Source: Octopus sinensis
Taxonomy: Eukaryota
NCBI RefSeq assembly: GCF_006345805.1
Contig: NC_042998.1
Span: 90,458,001 to 90,522,000, forward strand
Direction of reading: 5' to 3'
DNA: 64,000 bases
The notes under the pieces are model-generated. The model was not told the DNA's origin, searched no databases, and saw only the letters and a program-made list of their open reading frames with translations. Made by a program: the position numbers and the translations under genes. Positions 37,152-50,149 of this stretch are shown piece after piece. Position 1 is the first letter of the stretch; each line of letters begins with the position of its first letter.

Positions 37152-37248
37152 GTATTAACCGTGACTTTGAAGTTTTGACCAGCTAAGCCATCATCGGACT
37201 GCCTGATGATGGATTAACTGGTCAAAACTTCGAAGTCACTGGCAATAC
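37152..37248. repeat. ~97-nt near-perfect palindrome (hairpin)
   Basis: GTGACTTTGAAGTTTTGACCAGCTAAGCCATCATCGG / CCTGATGATGGATTAACTGGTCAAAACTTCGAAGTCAC with a 4-nt loop. Confidence 0.9.
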
Positions 37249-37379
37249 TCATCATCACCATCATAGCCATTATCTTTCTTCTATGCTGGCATGAGTTGGA
37301 CTACTCTTGTGAAAGAACAATGAGTGTGTGGTGGGATACATGTGTGTGCAGCAGGGGAGGGGTACGTGTGTGTGTGTGT

Positions 37380-38110
37380 GTGTGTTATTTAACGTCTATT
37401 TTCCATGCTGGCATGGGTTGGATGGCTTGACAAGAACTGGTATGACTAGGGACCATACCACTTTCCACAGTCTGTTTTGGCTTGTTTTCTATGGCTGGAC
37501 GCCTTTCCTAATGCCAACCCCTTTTTATAGAATGTACTGGATGCTTTTTACATAGTACCATCACCAGTACTTTTCATGTGGCACCTTGGTTTTAGGATCT
37601 CAATTCTGTTGTGTTGGGCAGGTCTTCGTGAGTACAGTGATGTGTCACATATCTCAACCCTCTGTGATTTTCTTTTTAAGGCTCAGTATTTTGAGATCAG
37701 CCTTCAATACTACATCCCATTTCTTCCTGGGTTTCCCTCTTCCACAACTTCCCTCCACTTAAGTAAGCACTTCTTTATGCAACTGTCCTCATTCAACCAC
37801 ATCACATGACCAAACCAGTGCAATCTTCTCTCTTGCACACTACACCTGTGTCTCTCTCAATACACCTGTGCTCTGTTGCACATGTATACTGACACTGCAC
37901 ATCCAGTGGACCATACTAGCCTCATTTTCCTGCAGTCCTCACATGTCCCCTGCATTCAGAACCCATTATGTCCCTACCATGCAGTGTTGCAAATTGTACA
38001 CATGCATCATAATGCATCATACAATCTTCCCTTCACTCAAAGAGAAGGACCTTTGGTTGCTAACAGAGGTAAGAGTTCTCTGAACTTGCTCCCTCCTATT
38101 CTTATCCACA
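37380..38110 (-). mobile_element. RTE LINE 3' remnant (reverse)
   Basis: Minus strand AKFRELLPLLATKGPSL*VKGRLYDA plus the same tail as 36830-37045. Confidence 0.8.
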
Positions 38111-38168
38111 AAAGGCACTGGACCCATTGTTGTAGTCATACATATATGTGTGTGTGTGCATATATATA

Positions 38169-38481
38169 CAGTGGTTGGACAAAATAATGGAAACACCTAG
38201 TATCATAACATCACAATTTTGGAACATCTATAAAACCATCAAAAACTTGTTTATTTTTATGTTTTTTGATTTATTATTAGTGTTGCTTTATATGCTTTGC
38301 TAAAATTACTGTTTCTTTTCAGATATCATCAGAAAAGGGTAATTAAAATTCATTAAAATGACAGATCTATCCATATCTCATTGAATTTAAGCTGTTATTA
38401 CTGCCAAAGGCAGTCCTACCTCATATTAAAATACATTTGTTTGAAATTTTAAGGTGTTTCCATTATTTTGTCCAACCCCTG
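38169..38481. mobile_element. Tc1-like MITE, 313 bp
   Basis: TA TSDs at 38167-38168 and 38482-38483; 30-bp TIR CAG(T/G)GGTTGGACAAAATAATGGAAACACCT with 29 of 30 matching. Confidence 0.92.
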
Positions 38482-38489
38482 TATATTTA

Positions 38490-38980
38490 GGCATCAGATG
38501 TAGCATGCAGGAGAACTGCATTGGTATGGTCATGGATAAGGACAACTCTGTAAAGAAGTGTTGATTTCTAACTGTAGAGGAAACCTGTGGAAGAGGTAGA
38601 CCCAGGAAGATATGGGACAAGGTGGTAAAGCATGATCTTCGCATGTGGAGTCTCATGGAGGCAATGGTCAGTGATTATGACCTTTGGCAATTTACTGTGC
38701 TTTAGATGACTCATCAAGCCAAGTGAATTTGTAGTTGTGACCAGTGCTGGTAACATGTAAAAGCACCAGGGCTAGTGACATGTAAATGCACCCATGCTAG
38801 TGACACATAAGAGGCATCCATTACACTTTTTGATTGGTTGGCATTAGGAAGGACATCCAGTTGTAGAAACCAAGCCAAAATTAGACTGGAGCCTGGTACA
38901 GCTCTCCAGCTTACCAGCTCCAGTCAAACCATCTAACCCAAGCCAACATGGATAGTGGATGTTAAATGATGATGATGATT
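38490..38980 (+). mobile_element. RTE LINE 3' remnant
   Basis: GRGRPRKIWDKVVKHDL-like coding remnant, short tandem units at 38740-38815 and a (GAT)n tail. Confidence 0.75.
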
Positions 38981-39881
38981 TATATATATAATTGTTGGTT
39001 ATGGCTGAGGTCAGAGAGTTACAATTGATTTCTCACTTATAAAGCTTCTAATGATATAGGTAACTCATCAGACCTGCTGACCAGAGATACATAACTTTCT
39101 ACTACAAGAGGTAGGAAAACAGTCTTGGTCAGTCAGGGTTGTGAAAAAACCCTGAAGCAAAATTCTACTGAGCAACATCTCATCTAGGTGAGATGGAGTT
39201 ATCTCTCTTTGACTGGTTGCTGCTGTGTTCAAAAAGGGTTAGCGTATGCATGATTTCTGTTTGCTAATCAGCAAGTGGGGAATTCCATGTCTGCAACATG
39301 AATTTCCTCTCATGAGGACATCAACTAAACATCTCACCTTTGGCATTTAAGAAGGCCCCCAGGTCAAGTGAATTGTTTAGGATCCTTGCTCTCTCAGCCA
39401 AATAAAGTTTGCATCATCTGTTCTCATTAAGGTGTGGTCCAGTTCCAAGAGTTTCCATCTAATTCTGTATGGCATGCCCTCTTCTAAATGCTATATGTAG
39501 CTGGCTGTGTTTTACATAAGCCTGACCTGACACACCTATAGTTGTCAGATGTGCTTCTGTGAATGGTCTCTGTTTAGTAACTGCACTAAACCCAAGCAGA
39601 CAAATCTACCTAGTGTACGTCTACATGTATGTCAGACTTACATGAAACCTTTAGTTATGTAATTTGTTTTGTTTGTATGATCCTTATAAAGCTATATATA
39701 CATTTTCTCTATTTTGTATATTGATTACTCCTATTTTTTTATTATGAACTACACCTGATCACTTATAAACATATAAAGAACTCAATGTGTCTGTAAAGTA
39801 ATAGATTTATTGTACATACTGGAAAATACAATACCTTATGATGACAAGAAGCTTCAACACAAGTAGGCATATATTCATATG

Positions 39882-39973
39882 CATGCATACATACATACAT
39901 ACATACATACATACATACATACATACATACATACATACATACATACATACACACATACATACATACATACATA
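39882..39973. repeat. (CATA)n microsatellite
   Basis: Directly visible. Confidence 0.98.
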
Positions 39974-41150
39974 CCATAAACTAACAATAATAATATACAA
40001 AAATGCTAAAATAAAAATCCATCTAATCAAAAAAATAAATAAATGAATAAAGACAATGAACTTGTAAGCCAACAAGCGAACTATTAATAATGACCTTCAC
40101 ATAAGATTACGAATATGAAAACTGTCAACTTTATAACTCCAATTCTCATATTGTTCATGTTAGAACATCACTCTTCAGGTAGGTCGTCATGCACTTACAA
40201 CAAAGAGATGTGGCAATGCACTACATTTCATATAAACAAAACTAGATAAGAAATCATTAGCAATTCCCCACAGAAAATAAACTGTCAAACAATGATGGAA
40301 TCAATATTAATAACATAACACAATAATAAAATTTAGACGCAGCCAACGTACATTAGTCAAAATTAAAACAAAAATGGTCCATGACATGTGAAGAAGAATG
40401 CTATTGACCAAAAATTCAAATATTAGCAGACAATACAACACAAATCCATATCATAAAGTGGTAATAAAACCTGCCTACAACAATAATTTCATTCTGAAGA
40501 TGAGTCAGTGAAAGTTTAGAAACATTGATGATTGGTTTAGGAATATTATTGTTCAAATTAAACTGCAGAGAAATCATACAAAAATATGCAAATAGATAAG
40601 AAAAAATAATAAAAAGAATAGTCTTCTTTTTTATTCATGTTTAAAAGAAATTAATTTCACAATCATACAAATATATGTTAAATTGAATTAATGATAAAAG
40701 TGAGAGGAAAAGAAAAAGAAAATTACTTTTGTTATTCGACATCTGAGCTGTTGGAAGGGAATTTCAACGAGATTATTCCTACCAAATAAAAAAGGAGGTC
40801 ATATAGCAAAAAAAAAAAGGGAAAGTCTTTTTAAGGAAAACCTATTAAAGAGTTTTATTCTCACAAAAGTATATCAAAAGTGGAATTAAAGATGATGATG
40901 TGAATACTTTGAATAATAGTTCAGTAGTTTCAGCTACACATAGGGCATTTCATGCTACAATATCAACTACATGGAAAATGATAAAAATATATTGTTTAAT
41001 GCACTGCTTAACTATACTGGCTTCATTAATTCATCTTAATTTGTATAAACAGTAGTTCTTGAAGACCTTCCAATAAATTTAAACACATACACACACACAC
41101 ACGCACACACACACACACTCGCACACATACATACATACATATATATATTT

Positions 41151-41400
41151 GGTAAACGGACAATTCGTCAACAGACAATTGTCCGACAGACATCTTACAA
41201 ATAAGACAATTGTGTGGTATGGTGCAGAGTCCTGTTGCCAGGCATAGGAATGTTCCAGCAGTCACCCTCTTGACCCAGGGCAACACAACCTCCTCCAAGC
41301 ACTTGATGTAGGTCTCCATGTTGAGTCTGAGGTCATGTAGAAATTGTCTGTCAGCAAATTGTCTGTTGACGAATAGTCTGTTGGTGAATTGTCTGCACTT
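41151..41400. mobile_element. Foldback-like element: inverted arrays of 15-bp repeats flanking a Tc1/mariner transposase fragment
   Basis: Left units CGGACAATTCGTCAA, CAGACAATTGTCCGA; right units AAATTGTCTGTCAGC, AAATTGTCTGTTGAC, GAATAGTCTGTTGGT, GAATTGTCTGCACTT. The insert (minus strand) reads HDLRLNMETYIKCLEEVVLPWVKRV..., then SYAWQQDSAPYHT after a frameshift. Confidence 0.7.
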
Positions 41401-41597
41401 GATATATTTATATATAGATAAAGGCATGGCTATATAGTTTATAAGTTTGCTTCCCAGGTGGTTTTGGGTACAGTCCCACTGTATGGCACCTTATCTTTTA
41501 CATTGACGTATCTTCTATATGGACAAGTGCCTTGCACTGACAAAAGCCTTGTGAGTGGATTTGGTGGATGAAAACTGATAAGAGCTCATCATATATA

Positions 41598-42807
41598 TGA
41601 GGTCTGATCAATAAGTATCCAGACTGGTGCTATAAAAACAAAACTACAACAGGTACCAATTTGGAGTTTAATCTCATTCAGAGTAGTCCCCTTCAGAAGC
41701 CACACACTTAATCCAGTGCTATTTCCATTGATGGAATCATTTCTGGAACTTGTTTTTCAAGATAATCAGCAGCTGCCTAATTGCATTCACTTTGATTTCC
41801 ATGATGTCCTGAAATCTCCTTCCTTTCAAGTGGCATTTGAATTTTAGAAAGAGGAAAATGTCACAAGGGGCGAAATGTGGGGAATATGATGCCTGTCAGA
41901 CCTAGGGAATGCTGTGCCTAGCCAAAAATTGCTGCACAAGCTGTGCGGAATAGGCAGGTGCATTGTCATGGTGCAATTGCCACTCATCAGACTCATGCAA
42001 TTGTTGCCTTTTCCGAGGAAAAGTATTCTGCAAACAACGTAAAACGTCACGGTAGTATTCTTTGATTACTGTCTGACCAGGTGGAGCATACTCATGATGA
42101 ACAATCTCCTTGTAGTTGAAGAAAATGGTCAACAGTATTTTGAGGTCATAGCCATAAACCCATAATTCATCACCTGTTATGACCATTTTCAAAAAGTTTT
42201 ACCCATTCTTGATACAATCAAGGAGATCTTGTGCAGCTGAAACTCGAGTGTCTTTTTGGTCAGCTGAAAGCAGTTTTGGCTCAAACTTGACAGACACGCA
42301 TCTCACACCCAAATCTTCAGTGATAATGGACCGAACTGAACTGTAACTAATCTTCACGTCCTCTGATGACTCACGGATGGTGATTCGACAATTTCGTTTC
42401 ACAGCTGCACAAACATCTGTGATGGTTTTCTCAGTTCTGCTGGTTGCGGATCTCCCAGAACGTTCATTATTATTGACATTTTTTCAGCCATCTTAGAAAC
42501 ATCTGAACCACTTGTACACTTGTGTGCAGCTCATACACTCTTCTTCATGCACTTTCTGCAACTTTGCGTAGGCTTCTGAGCAGATAGCGCCAAGCTTTTG
42601 GTTAAATTTGATGCAGGTTCTCTGCTCAACTTTCTGCCATGGTCAATGCGATGATCACATGCTATACACATTCCTTCCAAGCACTGTTGTAAACAATGGA
42701 AGTAAGCTAAAATGTTAAAACTTCGTGCACATGCACAGTAGAGTTCAAGGTCAATCTGTACTAAGCAGCTTCACTAAGGCAACAATCCGGATACTTATTG
42801 ATCAGAC
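41598..42807 (-). mobile_element. Decayed mariner (second family) inserted into a tRNA-SINE
   Basis: TIRs TA|TGAGGTCTGATCAATAAGTATCC and GGATACTTATTGATCAGAC (outer end missing). Minus-strand ITGDELWVYGYD, LHHDNAPAY and YSPHFAPCD motifs with stops and an internal deletion. SINE sequence lies on both sides (41425-41597 and 42808-42975). Confidence 0.9.
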
Positions 42808-42989
42808 AATCACGCTTATTGATAACAATCACTGTATAGTCATAAATAAGCATCACCATCATACAGGCAATGTGTCTCATTTCCAAGTGTTGGTTGGTGA
42901 CAGGAAGGGCATCTGGCTGTAGAATATCTGCCTCACCAAATTCTGTCTGACCCATGCAAGCATAGAAAAGTGGGTATTGAAAAGAAGGA

Positions 42990-43100
42990 CGATGATGATG
43001 AGGAGGAGGAGGAGGAGTATAGGAGGAGGATAGGAGGAAGGGAGGATAAGGAGGAGGAGGAGGACAACTACGACGATGATGACAATGATAATGATGTTGA
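42990..43100. repeat. Compound (GAT)n/(GAG)n/(GAC)n trinucleotide tract
   Basis: Directly visible, at a SINE/RTE tail. Confidence 0.9.
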
Positions 43101-43402
43101 TGGCAGTATGTGTATGCATAGGCATATATGTGTATGTATGTGTGAAAGAGAGAAGGAGAGAGTGAAGAGATTAATAGCCATATTGGTCTTTCAAGTGTAA
43201 GTACATAGTATTTCAAGTGCATTTTATTATGGTGAAATAAACAAGAAATATCTTTCTAATTTTTGATTGCTGGTTTGTATTGAAAAAAATGAAATATCTG
43301 TGAAGCATAAACAGGCAACTTATGACTGAAATTGCAAACTCCAAGGCAGCAACCATCACTTTCTGCAATCACATTTAAAGAACTTTCTCTAAAGAACACT
43401 CT

Positions 43403-43545
43403 AGGTGCAGGAGTGGCTGTGCAGTAAGTAGCTTGCTTACCAACCACATAGTTCCGGGTTCAGTCCCACTGTGAGGCACCTTGGGCATGTGAGTGGATTT
43501 GGTAGACGGAAACTGAAAAAACCCGACGTATATATATATATGTGT
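43403..43545 (+). mobile_element. 5' portion of tRNA-derived SINE
   Basis: AGGTGCAGGAGTGGCTGTGCAGTAAGTAGCTTGCTTACCAACCACATAGTTCCGGGTTCAGTCCCACTG. Confidence 0.85.
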
Positions 43546-45588
43546 ATAGGTAAAAGAAAGTCTTTATTTCTGATTTTGGTCACATGGAAAAGTGGCTTCA
43601 CTATATTCACTATATTCAGTTTAAAACACATGCTCCAACTATTTTTACCTTAAAATTTTTTTTGTCATGGAGAAAGATATCAATTTGGAAGAAAAATAAA
43701 AAGCAATGTGGGAAGAAACTGAAAGTTTGCTTCTATTGAAAATAACTTATTGTTAACTTATATGGGGAAGGTCAGTGCAAACACTTTATTCCAAGAATAA
43801 ACATTACATTAATCACTTATCACTAAAGTTAAGGTCATACGGTATGATAACATATTATTGATATATTTTTACTAGGTGAGATAACACATTGAGTTTATAT
43901 TTTTCTATTGCATTATTTAGTAATGATGTCATGTAATTACATAAGTAAAGTCTGTTTTGAAAAGCTATGCATGAGACAAAAATGTGATGGTCACAGCCAG
44001 AATGGCATATGTTATTTTAGTGATGACAAGAACTAAACATCAAGAGTTTATTGCTTATGAAATATGTTCATGGAACTCATTAGCAGGATGTTTAAGAAAC
44101 CAAATAAGAAAGACTCTATGTCAATAATTCTCACTTTGTAAATGTTTGATTAATTTTTTCATAACTTGAAAAATTTGAAAATGAAAAAGTTTTCCAATAA
44201 ATAATTGACTTTATTTTTTTAGAAAATTGAATCACATATTTGTACATTATCATTGATTTCATCATTGATTAAATGTCCACTTCCTAAACTTACATAAGTC
44301 AGACAGAATTCATTGAGGTAGACTTCCCATGATCAGATGCTCTCCTTGTCACTTACCCTCACTTGTTTCCAAGCAAAGTAATACTTTCCCATGGTTGGAC
44401 TTTTTCATGGAAGACTGGAAACAAAAGCCACCACTTGTATGATGGTGACACTAATTTTACAACAATTATGTGATGTCAAGACAAGGAAACATATACACAC
44501 TTATGTACAGACATGTATATGAATGTTTCTTTTACTTATTTAAAACCCAAACAATGCAATAATACAGGCCAATGGTTTTATACAGTATTTGAATATTTCA
44601 GGGCTAGGAACCCCTTCTTCAGGAAATCTTTAGAGAAAGGGTGTTGTTAGCTTAAGTGTGTGTGCATAAAGGGCAGTTTTGCGTAAAACCACCAGCCTGT
44701 ATTATTTTGATAACTTGCGTATTTTGGCTAAAAATATATCATAATAATTAAAGACATTTATATATACAAGACATACACTCATATACAATAGGCTTCTTTT
44801 GGTTTCCACCTGCCAAATCCACTCAAAAGATTTTGGTCAGCCAGTGCAGGAGCTATAAGAGAAAACACTTGTCTAAGGTGCCATGCAGGGGGACTGCAAC
44901 TGAAACTGTGCCAACCGTGGAATAACAAAATTCCTGGTATATGCAATACAACAGAGATATTTTTAAGATTTAGTAAATAATTTTATTCTGATAGTATATA
45001 CTTTCATTGTTGCACCACTAAAATGCCAACTTGCACTCTTAGGGAGTGCTGACACTTTCAAATCCAGACCTACTATCTTAATCAAACAAACAAATAAAAA
45101 AAGAAAAGACATGTTAGCTTATGTAGCCCTAGATACACTATGCATGAAAAATATGTGATGGTCAGTTAATGATGAAAAAGAACTGAACAACATTAACAGC
45201 TTAGTGCTAATGAAACATGGTGTTGAAGCAAAATACTACCAACATTGTCAAAAGTGGTGAAAATTACTCAGCTTTTCTAGAAATTCTAAAAGAATACTAA
45301 TTACAAATGCTACCTGTTAGGTAAAGGAGTGTCTTTGTAGTTCCCAAGCACAGCACTTTCTTTCTGATTTAATCAATGAAAAAATATATTATAGATATTA
45401 AAAGATAATTAAAAAACAATTTCATTTTTCGTAATGCAACCATACTTCTAAATCAGTAATCATCCAACCTTTTATTTTGAAAGGATCAATTTGAAAAAGT
45501 CAAACATAGTGGATGGTGATATTTTGGAATATATGTCTGTGAGTAGTGCACATTATGCTGTCAATGGCAAAACAGATTTAGAGACATT

Positions 45589-45806
45589 GTAACCATTTAA
45601 TATAAAACAGCCTAAATATTATGCCTGTTTTATGTTCAAACTGACCAGGTGAGGCCTCTCACACCTACCCAACAATATTGTTCTAAAAATAAAGTCACAT
45701 CATTGAAATCTTGAAGTTACAAGATAATGCATTATTAATAATTAAAAAATGTGAATAAATAAAAGCATTACATTTAACAGAATAATATGAATGCTAAAGG
45801 GTCGAA
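45589..45806. mobile_element. Degenerate TTAA/CCCTTT-ended (piggyBac-like) MITE
   Basis: Ends resemble TTAACCCTTTAGCAT (left GTAACCATTTAATAT, right ATGCTAAAGGGTCGAA); no clean TSD. Confidence 0.35.
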
Positions 45807-46912
45807 TACAAGTTTTATTTTGAGGGAGATTCTTCAGACTGAACTTTCTTGACAAGTTTGATATTGTCTACTCTTATGTTGGTAACAGAAATCCTTAAAA
45901 TTTGATGCTCATCCGTAAGCCCCCACTCCCTACATGTTTTGAATGTTATATAATCCTTGATATTGATCTCTCTATAGAAGACTTCAAAATTTTAGTTGAG
46001 GGTTGCATGTTGGGGCCATTGGGCTATATTATATGTTTCTTTCACAATATTTTCTTAACACAGCTAATTCCATTTCTGATCAGCGGTATTTGGTGATATC
46101 TAAAAGTACTTTTTATGTTTATTATTGCATGTTCCCTTTCTTCTCAACATATTTAATAAATGAAAATATATCTGTAGAGATAAAGGTTTAAATTATAGAT
46201 ACACAACTGATCAGAAATTTAGGAGAATGCTGAGTTCTTGCTGTGCTATTCTTTGAATATAATATTCAAGTAAATATTCAACAGAGGCTCCTTTACTTCT
46301 CTTCAGTCATGATCATTAAAACTTTCAGATTACAGTTTAAGTTTTGGTACGCATGGATCTGTTATTTTAAAAGTAACTTAGATATTCTTTGCAAATCCAA
46401 TATAAAGCAAAAGAAGTTTGTTTGAAATGTAGAACAGAATTTCAAAGATCTGATTCTGAACTTTACTATGCTTAAAGAAATAATTAATAAAAGGATTTCT
46501 AGATCCAAACAGGATAAAAAAAATGGGTATGCTATATATAGAGAAGGTGTGTTGGGAGGAACTCTACATTATGAATACACTGCTTTTAACAGGTTTTAAA
46601 AACAACACTTGTAGTGTTAGTATGACTGATACTGTGAGCATCTGTGAATTATTGCTTTGATGAAGTCACTATTAGCTATGTCTAAATTAAAAAATACTTT
46701 TTGAAAATTTGTGAATTGCTTCTTTCTTTGTACAAAGTGTTGGCTTCATGATGTGTATATTAGAATCGTGTAGTGTACTGAGGTAAAATACAGGATCTGT
46801 AATAACAAGAAAAAAATTAGTAGAGTATGATTTACAGATTGTACAGCATAAATTTGAGAGACTGCTAGAGTTCTTCTAGAGGACAGAAAATGTATTCAAT
46901 GTATCAATCAGG

Positions 46913-47297
46913 CAGGTACATGCCATCAGTAATTACTCAGGGTAGGCAGTTGGTGACCTTTATGTAATAAAACACACAAAAAATAACTGAAATACAGGCA
47001 TGCGACTGAGTTGAAGGCAGATTTACTTCTGCCTTTATAGCCTGTAAAGAAAATGTAGGAGTGTACTGCAGTATTACTATGCATAGTTTAAATACTGAGA
47101 TTGAAAGGCAGGGGCAAATTATGCCTACCTAATCTACGAAAAAATAAAATATTTTGTATTTTATGCATAGTAATCAGAGTAACCTTCAAAATTTTATTTT
47201 ATTTACATATTTTGCTATAAAAGGAAAATGTTGCTATCAATCTATTTTATTCATGGTAGGCACTGTATACCTTGCCTACCTAGGTGGCACATACCTG
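46913..47297. mobile_element. hAT-like MITE, 385 bp
   Basis: TIRs CAGGTACATGCCA / TGGCACATACCTG (11 of 13 match); 8-bp TSD CAATCAGG (46905-46912) vs AAATCAGG (47298-47305). Confidence 0.7.
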
Positions 47298-50149
47298 AAA
47301 TCAGGGTATATAATGCTTATGTTTGTTTAACCGTCACATTTTTTATGTATACCATTGAACTAGTTACCTGACAAGAAATGATGATGAGTGCTAGAAGAAA
47401 AAGAGTTATAACAAAATTTAAGATAAATCTGAGATAAAATAGTTTGACTTAATTTTGGCTAATAATTATTCACAAGGAGATGATGGTCCTCTGCATAAAT
47501 GTAGCAACATTAACATGTTACTGCAGTCAATGGAAATAATATGGAGAGCAAATTAATAAAGCAGGAGCTAACAGAGTTAAGTAATGATAGTTACAATGAA
47601 AATTGAGTGAAGATGGTCTCCAATCTTTAAGAAAAGTTAATGTGACATTTGTTAGGCCAGACAAAATAAATTTCAAAATACATGGCTTGATACATTGGTT
47701 TCTGCAGAAAAAAAAAAATTGATCAATATCAAATATAAACAAACACAAAATTATCCAGCTTTTGGTAAACACATGAAACACCTTTTTCTTGTTAATTATT
47801 GATAAAAATAGGGATTTCTTGCCACAGAACTCTTTTTTGTTAGAAAGGGTTATACTCAATTAAATGGTATTGGTTTTAATGATTTTTAAAGAATGTGGCT
47901 TCAAGACAATAGGGCACTGGATATAATCTATATAATGAAACATGGGCCATGACTGCTAAGGACATGTGTAAGCTTGCAAGGAATGAAGCCAGTATAATCC
48001 GATGGATGCGTAATGTCAGTGTGTATACTCGACAGAATGTAGGCACCTTGAGAAAAACTACCAAATTCATTCATAAGGCAATGGTTAATCTAAGGCTACA
48101 GAAGAACGCACTTATTCAAGGTGCTGTGCAATAGGATTGAACCTGAAACCACTTGGCTGTAAAGCAAACCTGTTATAATTACACTGTTTTGCCTGAACCA
48201 CTATTCTTATAAGTACCTTTACACTACTTCTACAATGTTTCATCCAAAAGTCTATAAACATTTCTTTTGATAAGCTTTTTTTTGTTAAGCTATTGAATTG
48301 TAATACTTGAAAACAGATGAATAGAAAAAATATTTTTTTAACGTAAAGCTTAATCAAAGTTCTATTTTTATACTTGACTTAATAGTAAATTACTGATTGG
48401 TGTGAATTTTAAAAATAATTTGACTTTATCATGTATATTATCATGTTAACCCTGGCACATAAATTGACAACTAGAATTATTAGCAATAACAACTATAAAA
48501 CAAATGGCTTATTCTGTAACCCAGATTTCTGGCTAGTCGTTAACTTCTTTTTCAGAGAAGGCTTTGCAGGATTGGTTTCTAAGGTTTGCAAGAATACTTG
48601 AACTAACCACTGAAAGCTAATATTGATTTTGTAGCACTGCTTTTACATACATTAAGTACCTGCAATTAAAGGTTAAGTGACTTTATCAATGACACAATAC
48701 AAACTTCCAGCCTCTCAGCTAATTGTTCACCACACCTATACATTGACCAGCTGATCTGTGAAAATAGTATCATCATCATTGTTTTAATGTTCACTTCTCA
48801 CTGGAATTTGTTGAGGTGGATTTTCTATGGCTGGATGCCTTTTTTATTGCTAACCTTCACCTGTTTCCAAGTAAAGTAATATTTTCCCATGATCATGAAT
48901 ATTTTCATAGAAGTCTGGAAGCAAAGACACTACTAATGTGATGGCAACAATTGTTTACAACTCTTATGATGTCAAGGCAAGGACAGTAACACGTACACAT
49001 ATACGATAAGCTTCTTTTCAGTTCCTGCCAACCAAATTCACTCGGAAGGCTTTGGTCAGCTGGTCACCTCTTCACAGTGCTACACAATGGAACTGAACTT
49101 GAAACTATTTGGTGGGAAAATAAAATTTCTCACCACACAGCTATGTTGGGGCTTACATCTAATATCAAAGCTCTATGGAACTTCTACATTAGATATATTT
49201 CAACTTATGGCTCACAAACATACTGTTTCTTCACTGCTTTTTCTATAACTCAATGGTTATGAAGTTCATTTCACAATCATGAGGCTCAGGGCTTGATCCT
49301 TGAACATCATGATTGCATGGTACCTTGGACAAATGTCTTTTATGTTAGACTTTGATCAACCCAGGTAGAGTGTATCAATAATTCAAAGGCCCAGTCTTGT
49401 CACTTACTGTATTATGCTGATTCTGCTCAAGGATTAATTTAAGGATGTGCATCTCTTTGAAATACTCAGTCACTTAACTGCTAATTCAGTGAATATGTAG
49501 TTTGGATAATCGAACAACAGAACGCTCATTATTGAAACAGACGAAGATCCATTTTACATCCTCTGCTCTTCTGAACAAGCAGGTTGCAAGTTATTTCCAC
49601 CCAAGTCTACATTACATTCACTTTTCATCTTTTTAACTCTCTCATAGCGTCTCACAGGCCTTAGAATTCATACGATTATGGTCGTTTTTGTCTCGAATCA
49701 CAACTCTCTGAAATTCTCTTCCTGCCCACATTTTCCTTACAAATGTGGATTAAGTCTCATAAGTTTAGGCGAGCCTGCCAAAGTGATGCCCATCGCCCTT
49801 TACACCTGACTTAACCCAAGGAAAGCAACCATGCTTAGTGAATGATATATGATACTAATATCTACAAAATCTGTAGTTTCAAATACAACGAACAACAAAT
49901 ATAATCATTCTTGAGTATGTAAACATATACGTGTACAAATAACTATAAATAAACATGTTTAACATCAAGGATAAAATTGAGTATAAATAAACATCAAGGC
50001 CTCCGCAAGTAAATTTAATTAAACGAGTTACTGTCTTTTCTTAAATACCCTATCCTTTTGGTTTTGGGATAATCAAAACATCTGATTCTAAATATTTCAA
50101 CACATTATTTAAATTATTTACTTCTGATTCTATTTATTTTCTTTTTCTT

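Noticed and set aside
42761-43222. Pro/His-rich 153-aa and acidic 76-aa ORFs
   Set aside because: Derived from the (GAG)n/(GAT)n tract and SINE sequence.
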